This document shows, piece after piece, positions 54,790 to 64,000 of a stretch of DNA of 64,000 nucleotides; the first letter of the stretch is position 1; each line of letters opens with the position of its first letter. The notes beneath the pieces are model-generated. The model did no database searches. It had not been told where the DNA came from and saw only the letters and a program-made list of their open reading frames with translations. Where the stretch lies: assembly GCA_964500505.1 (NCBI GenBank), contig CAZCNN010000002.1, positions 4,081-68,080 of the forward strand, in the 5' to 3' direction. Both the position numbers and the translations under genes were made by a program. Source of the DNA: an uncultured Bdellovibrionales bacterium. Lineage in GTDB: Bacteria > Patescibacteriota > Minisyncoccia > Moranbacterales > UBA1568.

Positions 54790-56289
54790 CTATTCTTTGC
54801 CGAATTCCGTGTGACGGAGTTCACGCCGGATGTGATATTTGGCCGCTGAGGTCTTCACAAAGTCGAGCCAATCCCGGCTCGGCTTTTTTTTGTCTTTGAC
54901 GGTAAGAATCTGGACGACCTGACCATTTTCGATGTGATGATCGAGGGGGACCATCTTGCCGTCGACTTTGGCGCCCGTGGCCCGATGACCGATTTCACTG
55001 TGGATAGCATAGGCGAAGTCAATCGGCGTCGCCTCTTCGGGGAGCTCGATGATATCGCCCTTTGGGGTAAAGGCAAAGATGTGGTTTTTGAAGAATTCAA
55101 TCTTGAGACCCTCAGCAAACTCCTGGTCATCGCGACCGATATCTTTTTGCCATTCTTTGAGCTGGTTTACCCAAGTCAGTTCGCGTGGTGGGGGCGTGCC
55201 AGCTACTTTGCGTCGTGAGAAAATATTGCGCCAGATGGAGCGGGATTTCTCGGTGTAGAGCCAGTGGGCAGCGATACCGTACTCAGCCTCGTCGTGCATC
55301 TTTTGAGTGCGGATCTGGACCTCGAGGATGCGCCCATCTGGACCAAAAATGGTGGTATGGAGCGACTGGTAGCCGTTCGGTTTGGGGAGTGAAATATAGT
55401 CCTTGATGCGACCGACCATAGGACGATACTCACGGTGGATGATACCAAGCGCCTCGTAGCAATCTGCGATCTCAGGGACGATGATGCGGACAGCGACCAG
55501 GTCATAGATACGGGTGATGTCCATATCATGACGCTTGAGCTTTTGGTAGAGTCGATAGAGGTGTTTGGTCCGGCCGGAGATATCAGTGACGCGGATCTTT
55601 TGTTTGGTGAGGACATCTCGGAAGAGGGCAATGGTTTTTTCCATATAGGAGTGACCCTCGTGGAGGTAGGTTTCTTCGAGTTGTCTTGTTTCCTCGTAGT
55701 GGAGAGGGTCGAGGTACTTGAAGCACAGATCCTCGAGCTCGCCTTTGATCTCGCCGATACCGAGACGGTTGGCGATGGGGGCATAGATCTCGAGGGTCTC
55801 GCGCGCGATGCGCTCTTGTTTCTCGGGGGGGAGATGCTCGAGAGTGCGCATATTGTGGAGGCGATCGGCGAGCTTGATGATGACGACCCGGATGTCCTCG
55901 GCCATGGCGAGAAACATCTTGCGCAGATTCTCGAGATAATACTCTTCCTTGGAGCCACGGAGTTTGATCTTGCCGAGTTTGGTGATGCCATCGACGAGGA
56001 GTCCGATATCAGCGCCAAATTTCTCGCGGACTTCGTCAAGCGTGATAGCAGTGTCTTCGGGGACGTCGTGGAGGAGACCAGCGGCGAGCGTTTTTTCGTC
56101 CATGCCGATTTCAGCCAGAATCTTGGCCACATGGAGCGAGTGGATGATATAGTCTTCGCCGGATTTGCGCTTTTGACCACGGTGGGCCAGTTCAGCAAAG
56201 CTGTAGGCAGACACGATGAACTTTTCCGCCTCCCCCGAGAAGGGGTGGGGAGCTGCCTTGAGTACATCTGTGATGGAGATGGAAGTCAT
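54790..56289 (-). CDS. (p)ppGpp synthetase/hydrolase Rel/SpoT-family protein (HD + synthetase + TGS; lacks C-terminal ACT/RRM)
   Basis: HD motif HDVPEDT. RelA/SpoT synthetase block. TGS-like C-terminus (GDIIELPEEATPIDFAYAIHSEIG). 499 aa. Confidence 0.85.
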   Translation of the reverse strand: MTSISITDVLKAAPHPFSGEAEKFIVSAYSFAELAHRGQKRKSGEDYIIHSLHVAKILAEIGMDEKTLAAGLLHDVPEDTAITLDEVREKFGADIGLLVDGITKLGKIKLRGSKEEYYLENLRKMFLAMAEDIRVVIIKLADRLHNMRTLEHLPPEKQERIARETLEIYAPIANRLGIGEIKGELEDLCFKYLDPLHYEETRQLEETYLHEGHSYMEKTIALFRDVLTKQKIRVTDISGRTKHLYRLYQKLKRHDMDITRIYDLVAVRIIVPEIADCYEALGIIHREYRPMVGRIKDYISLPKPNGYQSLHTTIFGPDGRILEVQIRTQKMHDEAEYGIAAHWLYTEKSRSIWRNIFSRRKVAGTPPPRELTWVNQLKEWQKDIGRDDQEFAEGLKIEFFKNHIFAFTPKGDIIELPEEATPIDFAYAIHSEIGHRATGAKVDGKMVPLDHHIENGQVVQILTVKDKKKPSRDWLDFVKTSAAKYHIRRELRHTEFGKE

Positions 56290-56437
56290 AGGGAGAGTAT
56301 CAGAGTATCCTCAGTATAACGGGTATTTGTCTCAGGGCAAGCCCTGGCCTAGAGAGCAGGTTCAACGCTAGGTTGCGCGCCTCGCGTTGGGATGAGACTA
56401 TATAGTATACTAAAGGAGGTTCTCATGACCACTCTCC

Positions 56438-57451
56438 ATGAACAATCACGTATTTTCCAGGAATCACTTTCTTCCCTTTACGACACTTATACTCTGTATC
56501 GGAGGCATGGTGATTTTCCGGTATTTTGAGAGCCCATCTTTTGTGTTTTCTCTCAAGATGCATGATATTATCACGGTTTTCCTCAGCGTTGTTATTGAAG
56601 CCTCGCCTTTTCTTCTCCTCGGATCACTGGTAGCGGTAATAGTGAGGAGAACATCTCTTATCTCTATCCTGCTCAGACGTATCCCGAAGAACCCTCTCTG
56701 GGGGCTTCCTGTTTCTGCCGCGCTCGGAACCCTCTTGCCAGTCTGCGAGTGTGGTAATATGCCGATTGCCCGTTCTCTGGTAAAAAGGGGGTTTCCGGCA
56801 CCCTACGCCACCACGTTTCTTTTTGCGGCCCCCATCCTGAACCCGGCGGTCTTCTTTTCTACCTGGGTCGCCTTTCGGGGTCAGCCAATATTCATAGCAG
56901 CTCGTTTTGCCTTGGGCTTTATCGTGGCTGTGGCAGTTGGTGCCTATGTCCTCTTCCAAGAAAAGCGAGGGGTCAAGATATGGAACGTGTCCTGCGACCT
57001 TTCACAGAAGATGCCTGCCGAAAAGGGCCACGATCACACCCATGAACATGGCACCTCGTTCTCTTCCCAGGTGTTCGGTGAGTTTCTTGCCATCTTTCCT
57101 TATCTTGTTATCGGAGCGTTGTTCACTGCTCTCTTCCAGGCCTACGTTCCAAGAGAGGTCTTTTTCAACTCTGATTTCGGCATCGCAATCGCCATTCTCT
57201 TCATGATGCTCTTTGCTTTCGTTATTTCTGTTTGCTCCAATACTGATGCTTTTCTCGCCCTTGGTTTTACCGGTATCATGCCAGGGGCTGCCCTCATCAG
57301 TTTCTTGGTTTTTGGAGCCATGATCGACGCCAAAAATGTCCTCATTTATAGTCGGATCTTCACTGTCCGGGGACTCTTACTCGTCTCCTTTTTTGTCGCC
57401 GAGCTGGTTTTTCTCCTCTCCCTTATTCTGCATAAGTTGAGCATCGTATGA
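56438..57451 (+). CDS. DUF318-family permease (PF03773-like, CxxC-containing)
   Basis: Multi-TM protein with LLPVCECGNMPIA. Start uncertain: a strong RBS AAAGGAGG serves an ATG at ~56426 in another frame (a 34-codon uORF). Confidence 0.6.
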   Translation: MNNHVFSRNHFLPFTTLILCIGGMVIFRYFESPSFVFSLKMHDIITVFLSVVIEASPFLLLGSLVAVIVRRTSLISILLRRIPKNPLWGLPVSAALGTLLPVCECGNMPIARSLVKRGFPAPYATTFLFAAPILNPAVFFSTWVAFRGQPIFIAARFALGFIVAVAVGAYVLFQEKRGVKIWNVSCDLSQKMPAEKGHDHTHEHGTSFSSQVFGEFLAIFPYLVIGALFTALFQAYVPREVFFNSDFGIAIAILFMMLFAFVISVCSNTDAFLALGFTGIMPGAALISFLVFGAMIDAKNVLIYSRIFTVRGLLLVSFFVAELVFLLSLILHKLSIV

Positions 57452-58128
57452 AATCAGAACGCGTACATTTTTTTCTTGCCTTGGCCGCGATCAACCTGTT
57501 CGGTCTGGCGCTTTTGTACCTTGCGAGTATCGAGAAACTTGGTATCTACATCCATCCATCTTCGCAGTGGTTTGTGGTGCTGACCGGCCTCATGTTTCTT
57601 TTTCTCAGTCTCCGCGGTCTTCCCAGAAGAGAAGCACTGGTTTTCGAACGGAGTAGTCTTTTTGGCATTCTCTTTCTGCTTGGGGTCGCCGTACTCATCT
57701 TGACAGTCAAGCCTGTTCCGCTTTCGGTTGAAACAGCGAAGACTAGGATCTCAAATGGTAGCAGTCCAGTCAGCGCTAAAAATGCGGAGCGCTTTGCTAC
57801 TCGGAAGACTTCGGACTTCGGGATTATCGATTGGCTCGCGGCCTTCTCCAGTCCAGAGACAGCGTATCGTTATGAAGATACGCCAGCTGATATCACGGGC
57901 TTTTTATTGGTGCAGGACAATCAGCCGATGGTGGGTCGGCTGGTTATTACCTGCTGCGGAGCAGATGCCCAACCGGCCGTTATTCCATTTCGTTATACCG
58001 GAGTTCTCCCAAAAGAGAATACGTGGATTCGTGTCAGTGGTACGATGCATGTCGTGGACACGAAACCTGTTCTCGAAGCGACTCGCCTTGAGATAATTCC
58101 TGAACCGAAGAATCCCTATGCCGAGTAG
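57448..58128 (+). CDS. TIGR03943-like partner protein of DUF318 permeases (N-terminal TM helices + C-terminal extracytoplasmic domain)
   Basis: Overlaps the permease stop by 4 nt. Two N-terminal TM helices and a C-terminal CCGAD-containing soluble domain, as in the two-gene DUF318/TIGR03943 arrangement. Confidence 0.5.
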   Translation: MKSERVHFFLALAAINLFGLALLYLASIEKLGIYIHPSSQWFVVLTGLMFLFLSLRGLPRREALVFERSSLFGILFLLGVAVLILTVKPVPLSVETAKTRISNGSSPVSAKNAERFATRKTSDFGIIDWLAAFSSPETAYRYEDTPADITGFLLVQDNQPMVGRLVITCCGADAQPAVIPFRYTGVLPKENTWIRVSGTMHVVDTKPVLEATRLEIIPEPKNPYAE

Positions 58129-59485
58129 AGTACTTGCCTCCATCGTGGTCGTTTTGCCACATCTCTTCCTGATGGGGCTGATTTTCTTGTTTCTTGCATT
58201 GCCGGAAGTCCCGCCGAGAGTCATCGCTGTGAAAGAGATGATTCGTGCAAACGAGTCGTTCTCGATTACCTTCAACAAACCGATTCGAACAGAGGGTTCG
58301 GAGGATAGGTTGGCCGTCTTAAAAAATGGAGAGAGGGTAGCCGGTACACTCAAAACGACGGCCACGACACTGTTTTTTTCTCCAGAAGAATCGTGGGAGA
58401 GTGGCCAAGAATATCGAGTCAAAATAGCGCCACTGCCAGCAGAACGTGGCGGTACTACGACGGAACCGATTGACCTCAGTCTGAGAATCGAAAAGGCAAG
58501 AGTCCTCTTTCTCAGTCCAGATAGTCGTCTTATGGAAGGCAATCCGGAAACAGGAGTAGCAGAACCAGTGACTCCCGAAGGTATCAATATCTTTTCTTTT
58601 TCTACGGGTATCAATGGCCATGTGGTCGCCCTGTATGGATTGAATGGAGATCGCTACAAGACCGGGGTCCTTTTGGGTGAGAAACAGGGTACTCATTATC
58701 GTCTCATGATGTCTCCAGTGGTTGAAACCCCGAGGTATTCCCAGGCCCTCCTCTGCGATGGGAGTCGGGCGCTTCTCCTGGTGTCCCAGGGTAGCCAGGG
58801 CGATCCCAGAGTCGAATATTTCACTCTTGATTGGGAGCGCCCGTTGAGTAAGGAGTCGCTTCAGGAATGGAAAATAGAAGAGACCGCGCTCTATAACGAC
58901 GGCGACCTCGCCTGTTCGGAGGATACCGCCCGTGTTCTCTATCGGAAATCAAGCGGTGCCTACGTGACGAACTTCTTAGGGGAGGAGGATGAGGATATCA
59001 TCGGTGTTTTCGATTCCGCCATCGGCTTTACTCCGAAAGATACGTCGATGCTGCTCCAGAAATCAATTACAGAAACCACGGCTGATGCCGACTATCGTTC
59101 GGAGCTTACCCTGTACCGGTCGGATGGTGCCAGCGTCACCCTCTCGACCCCAGATTCGCTCTTTGAGGAATCAAGTCTCAGTGGTACTGGTACATCCCTG
59201 TCCGTCTTATCCATCGAGGGTGAGAGCTATACGTCACGCATCGAAACCTACACGCTTGACGGAATGGCGTGGACTCCCAGAGAAACCGTGTCTCCTCCGC
59301 AGGGCAAGCGCATTCTCCATCACGATCTTTCTCTTGATGGGAATCTGGTCGCACTTCAAATTGAGCCTGGAGAAATGATGACGCGGGTTCCTATGGATTC
59401 TTCGCAGATTGTGCTGTGGGACTTCCGAAAAAAGCAATATCTTCCCTTTGAGTGGACGGGTAGGGAACCACAGTGGGAGCAGTAG
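58118..59485 (+). CDS. hypothetical membrane-anchored extracytoplasmic protein
   Basis: N-terminal TM (VVLPHLFLMGLIFLFLAL). No motif recognised. Overlaps the upstream gene by 11 nt. Confidence 0.45.
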   Translation: MPSRVLASIVVVLPHLFLMGLIFLFLALPEVPPRVIAVKEMIRANESFSITFNKPIRTEGSEDRLAVLKNGERVAGTLKTTATTLFFSPEESWESGQEYRVKIAPLPAERGGTTTEPIDLSLRIEKARVLFLSPDSRLMEGNPETGVAEPVTPEGINIFSFSTGINGHVVALYGLNGDRYKTGVLLGEKQGTHYRLMMSPVVETPRYSQALLCDGSRALLLVSQGSQGDPRVEYFTLDWERPLSKESLQEWKIEETALYNDGDLACSEDTARVLYRKSSGAYVTNFLGEEDEDIIGVFDSAIGFTPKDTSMLLQKSITETTADADYRSELTLYRSDGASVTLSTPDSLFEESSLSGTGTSLSVLSIEGESYTSRIETYTLDGMAWTPRETVSPPQGKRILHHDLSLDGNLVALQIEPGEMMTRVPMDSSQIVLWDFRKKQYLPFEWTGREPQWEQ

Positions 59486-59534
59486 TGCTGTTTGCGACCA
59501 ACAGTCTGAGAGAAATGGGGTTTGCTAAGGTGTC

Positions 59535-60560
59535 TCAGTGATGATGCTGATGGTCATGCGCTGGGGTGTATCGAATAATGTCACGACTGCTGCCAAATAC
59601 CTCTCGTACCAGTTCTTGGTATGATCCGATGTGTTCGCCCATAAAAACAAGTCGTGGAGTAATGTTTTGTTGTTTCAGAGGAAAGAGTCGAAATTCACCG
59701 TATGCATAGTTGAGGACGAATAATGATCCGTCAATATTGAGAATACCTTTGATCCGGTAGAATTTCTTTGCCGGGAACGATTCGAGTGAATACGTGATTG
59801 CTTCAAGTCGGAATTGTCGTGTCGGCTCTAGCTCGATGAGATCTACCTCGAATGACTGATGGTTTTCCTCGACTTCTTTTTCCTCTTCCTTCACGCTTTC
59901 AGCTGTTATGAAGAGTTTGCTGTCGAGTCCGAAGATAACTTGAGGCGATACGTATCCCTCAGCAGTCTTGATCTTTGGGGCATCAGGATTGAGTTCGTAG
60001 ACATCATCCAAAGTATCTTCGAGGGTGCTTTCTGGGATGCCCTCATGCTTATTGATGAGGATCATGTCGGTATATTTCGCCTGGAGCTTGGCTGTGTAGC
60101 TCTTGTCTTTGTAGCCGGAGAAGTTCTTAGCGTCAATTACTGTGATGACACCATCCACATAGAGCTTTTTATTTTTTCGGATTTCCCAGACAATCGGTGC
60201 AGGTGCGGCCGACCCGGAAGTTTCGATGATGATTCGGCCTGGATTTGTGAGGAGAAGCTCCTCGAGAGCCTGTTGTAACTGTCCAACGAGAACATGACAG
60301 ATACAGCCCTGAAGCATCTCTTTGGTCGTAGCGACATGAGTCTCTTGTCCGAGAAGCGAATCAACCTCGGTGTTGCCGAACTCATTCTTAAGCCACGCAA
60401 TTCGATATTCTTTTGGTAGATCTTTGATGAGATTGAGGATGAGTGTTGTTTTTCCAGCCCCGAGAAAGCCTGTGATAATAGTGACAGGGATCGCTCCTTG
60501 ATAGGCGATTTTCGGTTGCGTCAACAGTGCTTTTATATCTTGTTCCGTAGGCATAGGCAT
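59535..60560 (-). CDS. COG0523 (CobW/YjiA/ZigA-like) G3E-family GTPase with His-rich C-terminus
   Basis: Walker [19 protein letters not shown]-type motif GCICHV. C-terminal HDHQHHH. Confidence 0.75.
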   Translation of the reverse strand: MPMPTEQDIKALLTQPKIAYQGAIPVTIITGFLGAGKTTLILNLIKDLPKEYRIAWLKNEFGNTEVDSLLGQETHVATTKEMLQGCICHVLVGQLQQALEELLLTNPGRIIIETSGSAAPAPIVWEIRKNKKLYVDGVITVIDAKNFSGYKDKSYTAKLQAKYTDMILINKHEGIPESTLEDTLDDVYELNPDAPKIKTAEGYVSPQVIFGLDSKLFITAESVKEEEKEVEENHQSFEVDLIELEPTRQFRLEAITYSLESFPAKKFYRIKGILNIDGSLFVLNYAYGEFRLFPLKQQNITPRLVFMGEHIGSYQELVREVFGSSRDIIRYTPAHDHQHHH

Positions 60561-60564
60561 GTTG

Positions 60565-61947
60565 TTATTTTTCTAATGGAGGGTTTTGACACGAAAGAAA
60601 CCCCTGAGTGAGTAGGATGCGGTTGAGATTTTTTCCAATGAAAACAATAGTGCTTTTTCGGTCTTCGTCGGCTTTCCAGGCTCGTCCCGGTTGGATCGTA
60701 AAAAGCATATGAACCCCTTGGAGCACGACCTGTCGATGTTCGCCGGCAATGGACAGGATACCTTTGTATCGGTACAAATCATTTCCGAACATTCGGATGA
60801 TGCTTTCGATATAGTAGATGAAGTTTTCTGCAAGCAAAGGAGCGGTGGTTTCAGCACCGACCGAAGAGACAGTGCTATCGTGCTCATGCTGTGGCCTGAA
60901 CGTATGGCTCATGGTTGAGGCAAGAGGAGTATGGCCATGAGTGAGTTTAAGACTGAATTCTTCTGGGAGGTGTTCAGTGAAGAGGAGGTATGCTCCGGTG
61001 CTTGATATTTCGAGTGGGTAAGATGATTGTTTCGAGAAATCAAGTATGAACGGGGCTTGGCGTGGCGTGAGCGCGTTGACGGTCTCGTTTGCATCGGTGG
61101 GCATTGAAAAGAGTACAGCAGCGGGATTTGCGATGGCTGTGAGTTTCTCAAGTGAAGTGACCTCATCAGCTTTCAGGCAGAGTATACGCATCTTGGTCTC
61201 CTCTCCATGTGGCTGACCGGAGAGACTGTAGGTTCCGGTCTCAAGTTGGTAGATCCCGGCCCACTCGAACGGGTATTCGATTTCAAGAAAACGAGGATCG
61301 ATTTCAAGTGCTCGCTGGACATCGAAACCGCCGACGGTGAAGATTTTTTCGATTGGGATATCGGCATTTCTCGTTTCGTAGATGGTTGCAAATTTATTGA
61401 TGCCGGCAATTTTTTCTCGGACTGCGGCGAGCTCTTCATCTGAAACGAGGTCAATTTTATTAATGATGATGATGTCTGCAAAGGCAATCTGATCCTTAGC
61501 CTCTGGTGTTGAATCAAGATGGCCGGGGGTGTGTTTGGCATCGACGAGCGCGATAATAGCATCGAGATCCACGTGCTTGGAGAGATCAGGATCTGTCATA
61601 AATGTCTGTGCGACGGGCGATGGATCTGCCAGACCAGTAGTCTCAATCAGTATGTGTTCCGGGGGATTGGGGAGAGCGAGGAGCTGTTTAATAATTCGAA
61701 TTAAGTCGCCACGTACAGTGCAGCAAATGCAGCCATTGTTCATTTCCACCACTTCTTCGTTTTCACGGATAACTAAGTCTTGATCAATTCCAACTTCCCC
61801 AAATTCATTTTCGATTACGGCGATTCGTTTTCCGTGCTGTTCCTTGAGGATGCGGTTGAGGAGCGTCGTCTTGCCGGCGCCAAGAAAGCCCGTTAATACA
61901 GTGATGGGAATTTTCTGCGATTGACGATTATGTGCTTGGTTGTTCAT
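60565..61947 (-). CDS. COG0523 (CobW-like) G3E-family GTPase with CobW_C domain
   Basis: [15 protein letters not shown]. Canonical [11 protein letters not shown]. Long C-terminal domain. Confidence 0.8.
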   Translation of the reverse strand: MNNQAHNRQSQKIPITVLTGFLGAGKTTLLNRILKEQHGKRIAVIENEFGEVGIDQDLVIRENEEVVEMNNGCICCTVRGDLIRIIKQLLALPNPPEHILIETTGLADPSPVAQTFMTDPDLSKHVDLDAIIALVDAKHTPGHLDSTPEAKDQIAFADIIIINKIDLVSDEELAAVREKIAGINKFATIYETRNADIPIEKIFTVGGFDVQRALEIDPRFLEIEYPFEWAGIYQLETGTYSLSGQPHGEETKMRILCLKADEVTSLEKLTAIANPAAVLFSMPTDANETVNALTPRQAPFILDFSKQSSYPLEISSTGAYLLFTEHLPEEFSLKLTHGHTPLASTMSHTFRPQHEHDSTVSSVGAETTAPLLAENFIYYIESIIRMFGNDLYRYKGILSIAGEHRQVVLQGVHMLFTIQPGRAWKADEDRKSTIVFIGKNLNRILLTQGFLSCQNPPLEK

Positions 61948-61981
61948 ATATGTAGGACTGTCTCTAGTAAATCAGAGAATT

Positions 61982-63010
61982 TTAATGATGAGCGGAAAGG
62001 GCATCCTGTATTGACTGAAGCTGTGTCAGGAGAACGTCATGAAATTGAACTTTCTCTGAAGGACTCAGTCTCTGCTTTGACTGGTCAAGATGTGTCCAAT
62101 AGGTGAGCAGAGGATCTTGAACAGCTCTTGAAAAAGATGCTGTAACCGGCCAAGGAAAGGGTCTGTGGGAAACTATTGAACGTAGATGGATGATGGCATC
62201 TTCCGATGATTGTCCCCCGGAGAGAAAAACAATGCCGCCGGTAGTAGGGGGGACAAATGCCTGCAAGCAAGTAGCCGTCGTTTTGCCAATCAATGTCGCA
62301 CTTGCTTTTTCAACACCATCTTTTCCTGGTAGGGCCATAGATGTTTTGAGTATGAGTCCTGGGAGGAGAATCTCTGATGTCTTGAGAGTGAAAAAGAGTT
62401 TTTCCAAGACATGTTCCATGGTTTCTCTCGTATTCTCTAATAAGTGCTCTCCTTCGAAGAGTACCTCTGGTTCAACGATGGGCACCATACCATGCTTTTG
62501 TGACAGTTCGGCAAAGCGTGCGAGGTCGCCAATATTTTTCTCCCAAATCACCTGCGGCGATAAGAGGGTTTTGTTCATTTCGTCGACACGTACCGGAAAA
62601 ACTGATCGCCATTTTGTAAAATGTACTCCGGCGCGTGACCATCGTTTGAGGCGATCATCGAGGTCTTCGATACCTACAGTATACTGCTCAGTATTAAATC
62701 CAGGATAGGGAGCAAGGCCACGATCGACTTTGAGTCCAATAAGAATATTTTGATCCTGGCAATATTTAGGGACGGCTTGTCCATGTATTTCCTGCTCTAG
62801 AGTTTCCTCATGGAAGATAATGCCACTGACAAAATCACAAAGACCAGGTGTCTCAAGTATTTGAGACCGATATGACATTCTCTCCTCGGTAGTTGAATGC
62901 AATAGACCGAATTGAGCACAGCGTCGTTGAAATGATTGAGGGCTTTCGTCGAGCGCGAGTAGCATACGGTTTGGACGCATGAGCTCTCGAGTAGTAGCGA
63001 TAATTTCCAT
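61982..63010 (-). CDS. fructose-bisphosphate aldolase, class I (Schiff-base, metal-independent)
   Basis: LLALDES, IIFHEETL, GLKVDRG, FTKWR, GMVPIVEPEVL and FLSGGQS blocks match class I FBA. The ORF track extends to 63184; the ATG at 63010 (MEIIATTREL) matches the family N-terminus. Confidence 0.8.
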   Translation of the reverse strand: MEIIATTRELMRPNRMLLALDESPQSFQRRCAQFGLLHSTTEERMSYRSQILETPGLCDFVSGIIFHEETLEQEIHGQAVPKYCQDQNILIGLKVDRGLAPYPGFNTEQYTVGIEDLDDRLKRWSRAGVHFTKWRSVFPVRVDEMNKTLLSPQVIWEKNIGDLARFAELSQKHGMVPIVEPEVLFEGEHLLENTRETMEHVLEKLFFTLKTSEILLPGLILKTSMALPGKDGVEKASATLIGKTTATCLQAFVPPTTGGIVFLSGGQSSEDAIIHLRSIVSHRPFPWPVTASFSRAVQDPLLTYWTHLDQSKQRLSPSEKVQFHDVLLTQLQSIQDALSAHH

Positions 63011-63014
63011 ACTC

Positions 63015-64000
63015 TTATTCCTTTGCATTTGTTGGTTTGACCAAGGCAGCATTGAGTTCGGCGGCAATCGTCGCTTCATCCATATCAATGCCAATAAAGA
63101 CGATGCTTTGCTCCGGATGAATTTCTCCGTCTGGACTCTGTTCCCAGTGGCCATAGGGCTCGAGATGAATAATGTTGCCTGCATGATTCCAAAGGAGGGC
63201 TACATCGGGCTTGGCATCGGTCCAGGCGAATCCTTTTGACCGCAGAACTGATCGTAGCTTCCCTCCATTCAGTAACTCCATGAGTGCTCCGTCGTGGAAC
63301 GGTTGTTTGGATGTGAAGACGAAGCTCTTGATTCCGTACGATTCGGTTTCTGGAGTATGTTCGCCGCGAATCTCCTTGAGCCACCCAGGGTTTTGAGAGG
63401 CTTTTTCCATATCAAAGAGCTGGGTATTCAGGATTGATTTCAGATCAATATCACCCTGACGAATAGGATAGATGATAGCGTCCGGGTTGAGTTGTTTTAT
63501 CACGGCTTTAACTCGGCTGAGTTCACTTTCTGATACGAGATCGGTTTTCGAAAGGAGAATAATATTGGCAAACTCAATCTGATCAGTCAGAAGATGAACG
63601 ATAGGTCGGTCATCTTCATTTGATACTCCGAGTTTTCTTTCGGCGAGCGTTGATTCATCACCATAATGGTGAAAGAAATTTTTGGCATCAACAACTGTTA
63701 CCATAGTGTCGAGGCGCGCGATATCATTGAGAGAGTGACCATCTTCATCGGTAAAGGTAAATGTTTCAGCGACTGGGAGCGGCTCGGATATGCCGCTTGA
63801 TTCGATAAGGATAGCGTCAAAACGGTCGGCTTGAGCGAGTTTCGTCACTTCTTCCAAGAGATCTTCTCGGAGAGTGCAGCAGATGCAGCCGTTAGACATT
63901 TCGACTAACTTTTCCTCAACACGATCCAGCTGAGCTTCGCCTTGTTTGACAATAGCAGCATCGATGTTGATAACGCTCATGTCATTGACGATAACGGCGA
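63015..64000 (-). CDS. COG0523 (CobW-like) GTPase, third paralogue, N-terminus beyond window
   Basis: NGCICCTLREDL motif. C-terminal CobW_C-like domain. The ORF runs off the window end. Confidence 0.7.
   Translation of the reverse strand, partial: AVIVNDMSVINIDAAIVKQGEAQLDRVEEKLVEMSNGCICCTLREDLLEEVTKLAQADRFDAILIESSGISEPLPVAETFTFTDEDGHSLNDIARLDTMVTVVDAKNFFHHYGDESTLAERKLGVSNEDDRPIVHLLTDQIEFANIILLSKTDLVSESELSRVKAVIKQLNPDAIIYPIRQGDIDLKSILNTQLFDMEKASQNPGWLKEIRGEHTPETESYGIKSFVFTSKQPFHDGALMELLNGGKLRSVLRSKGFAWTDAKPDVALLWNHAGNIIHLEPYGHWEQSPDGEIHPEQSIVFIGIDMDEATIAAELNAALVKPTNAKE

Noticed and set aside
55203-56267. 354-aa Ser/Pro-rich minus-strand ORF
   Set aside because: An alternate-frame overlap of the rel gene (same strand, different frame) with a low-complexity translation. 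The Rel frame has the HD/synthetase/TGS motifs.
55435-56319. 294-aa + strand ORF antisense to rel
   Set aside because: Antisense shadow of a well-supported gene, acidic low-complexity product.
1-64000. CRISPR array
   Set aside because: No series of regularly spaced identical 25-40-bp direct repeats anywhere in the window. The only tandem repeats are the degenerate coding repeats inside the giant protein gene.

Overview
This 64-kb window looks like a compact genome of roughly 50% GC, possibly from a CPR/Patescibacteria-like or other small-genome bacterium. It has a core housekeeping backbone with an accessory stretch between pgm (ends 12316) and ychF (starts 37966).

Backbone genes:
- 996-9083: SEDS FtsW/RodA, SecG, an OppA-like solute-binding protein, a PGI/PMI SIS isomerase, tRNA-Leu(CAG), RNase J and trpS.
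- 45306-59485: an ABC ATPase with FtsX-like permease, a CBS protein, a PAS sensor, a CIRCE-controlled groEL with no groES, pilB/gspE, rel, and a DUF318/TIGR03943 permease pair.
- 59535 to the window end: a minus-strand operon of three COG0523 zinc-chaperone-like GTPases around a class I fructose-bisphosphate aldolase.

Accessory region (~12.3-38 kb):
- A high-GC lipoprotein gene (12460-13767) driven by a perfect sigma70 consensus promoter.
- A defence island (14.0-25.8 kb): an HExxH small protein, an excisionase-like HTH, a GmrSD-like DUF262/DUF1524 protein fused to an AlbA_2/Schlafen-like domain, then a tightly coupled type I R-M operon hsdM-hsdS-X-hsdR-DUF45. X is a 959-aa PHP-phosphoesterase + SMC/Rad50-like ABC ATPase inserted exactly where PrrC/RloC-type effectors sit in other type I loci. 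I know of no characterised system matching it, and it is the strongest candidate for a novel system here.
- An AT-rich 4.3-kb exopolysaccharide-type locus (two processive GT2 synthases flanking an exported protein), bracketed by imperfect ~45-bp direct repeats; the left copy overlaps the 3' end of a small gene.
- A phage/integrative-element module: replication initiator-like protein, a short resolvase domain, Xis, and a large serine integrase whose 3' end overlaps ychF.

Also in the window: a 2061-aa surface protein with about 12 propeller-like repeats plus LamG and FN3 domains; a possible 6S-like structured RNA between RNase J and trpS; and an 885-bp gene-free region flanked by bidirectional terminators that may hold an ncRNA.

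All calls rest on reading the translated ORFs and the sequence by eye; no searches were run. Coordinates of non-ORF elements are hand-counted and approximate (+/- a few nt).
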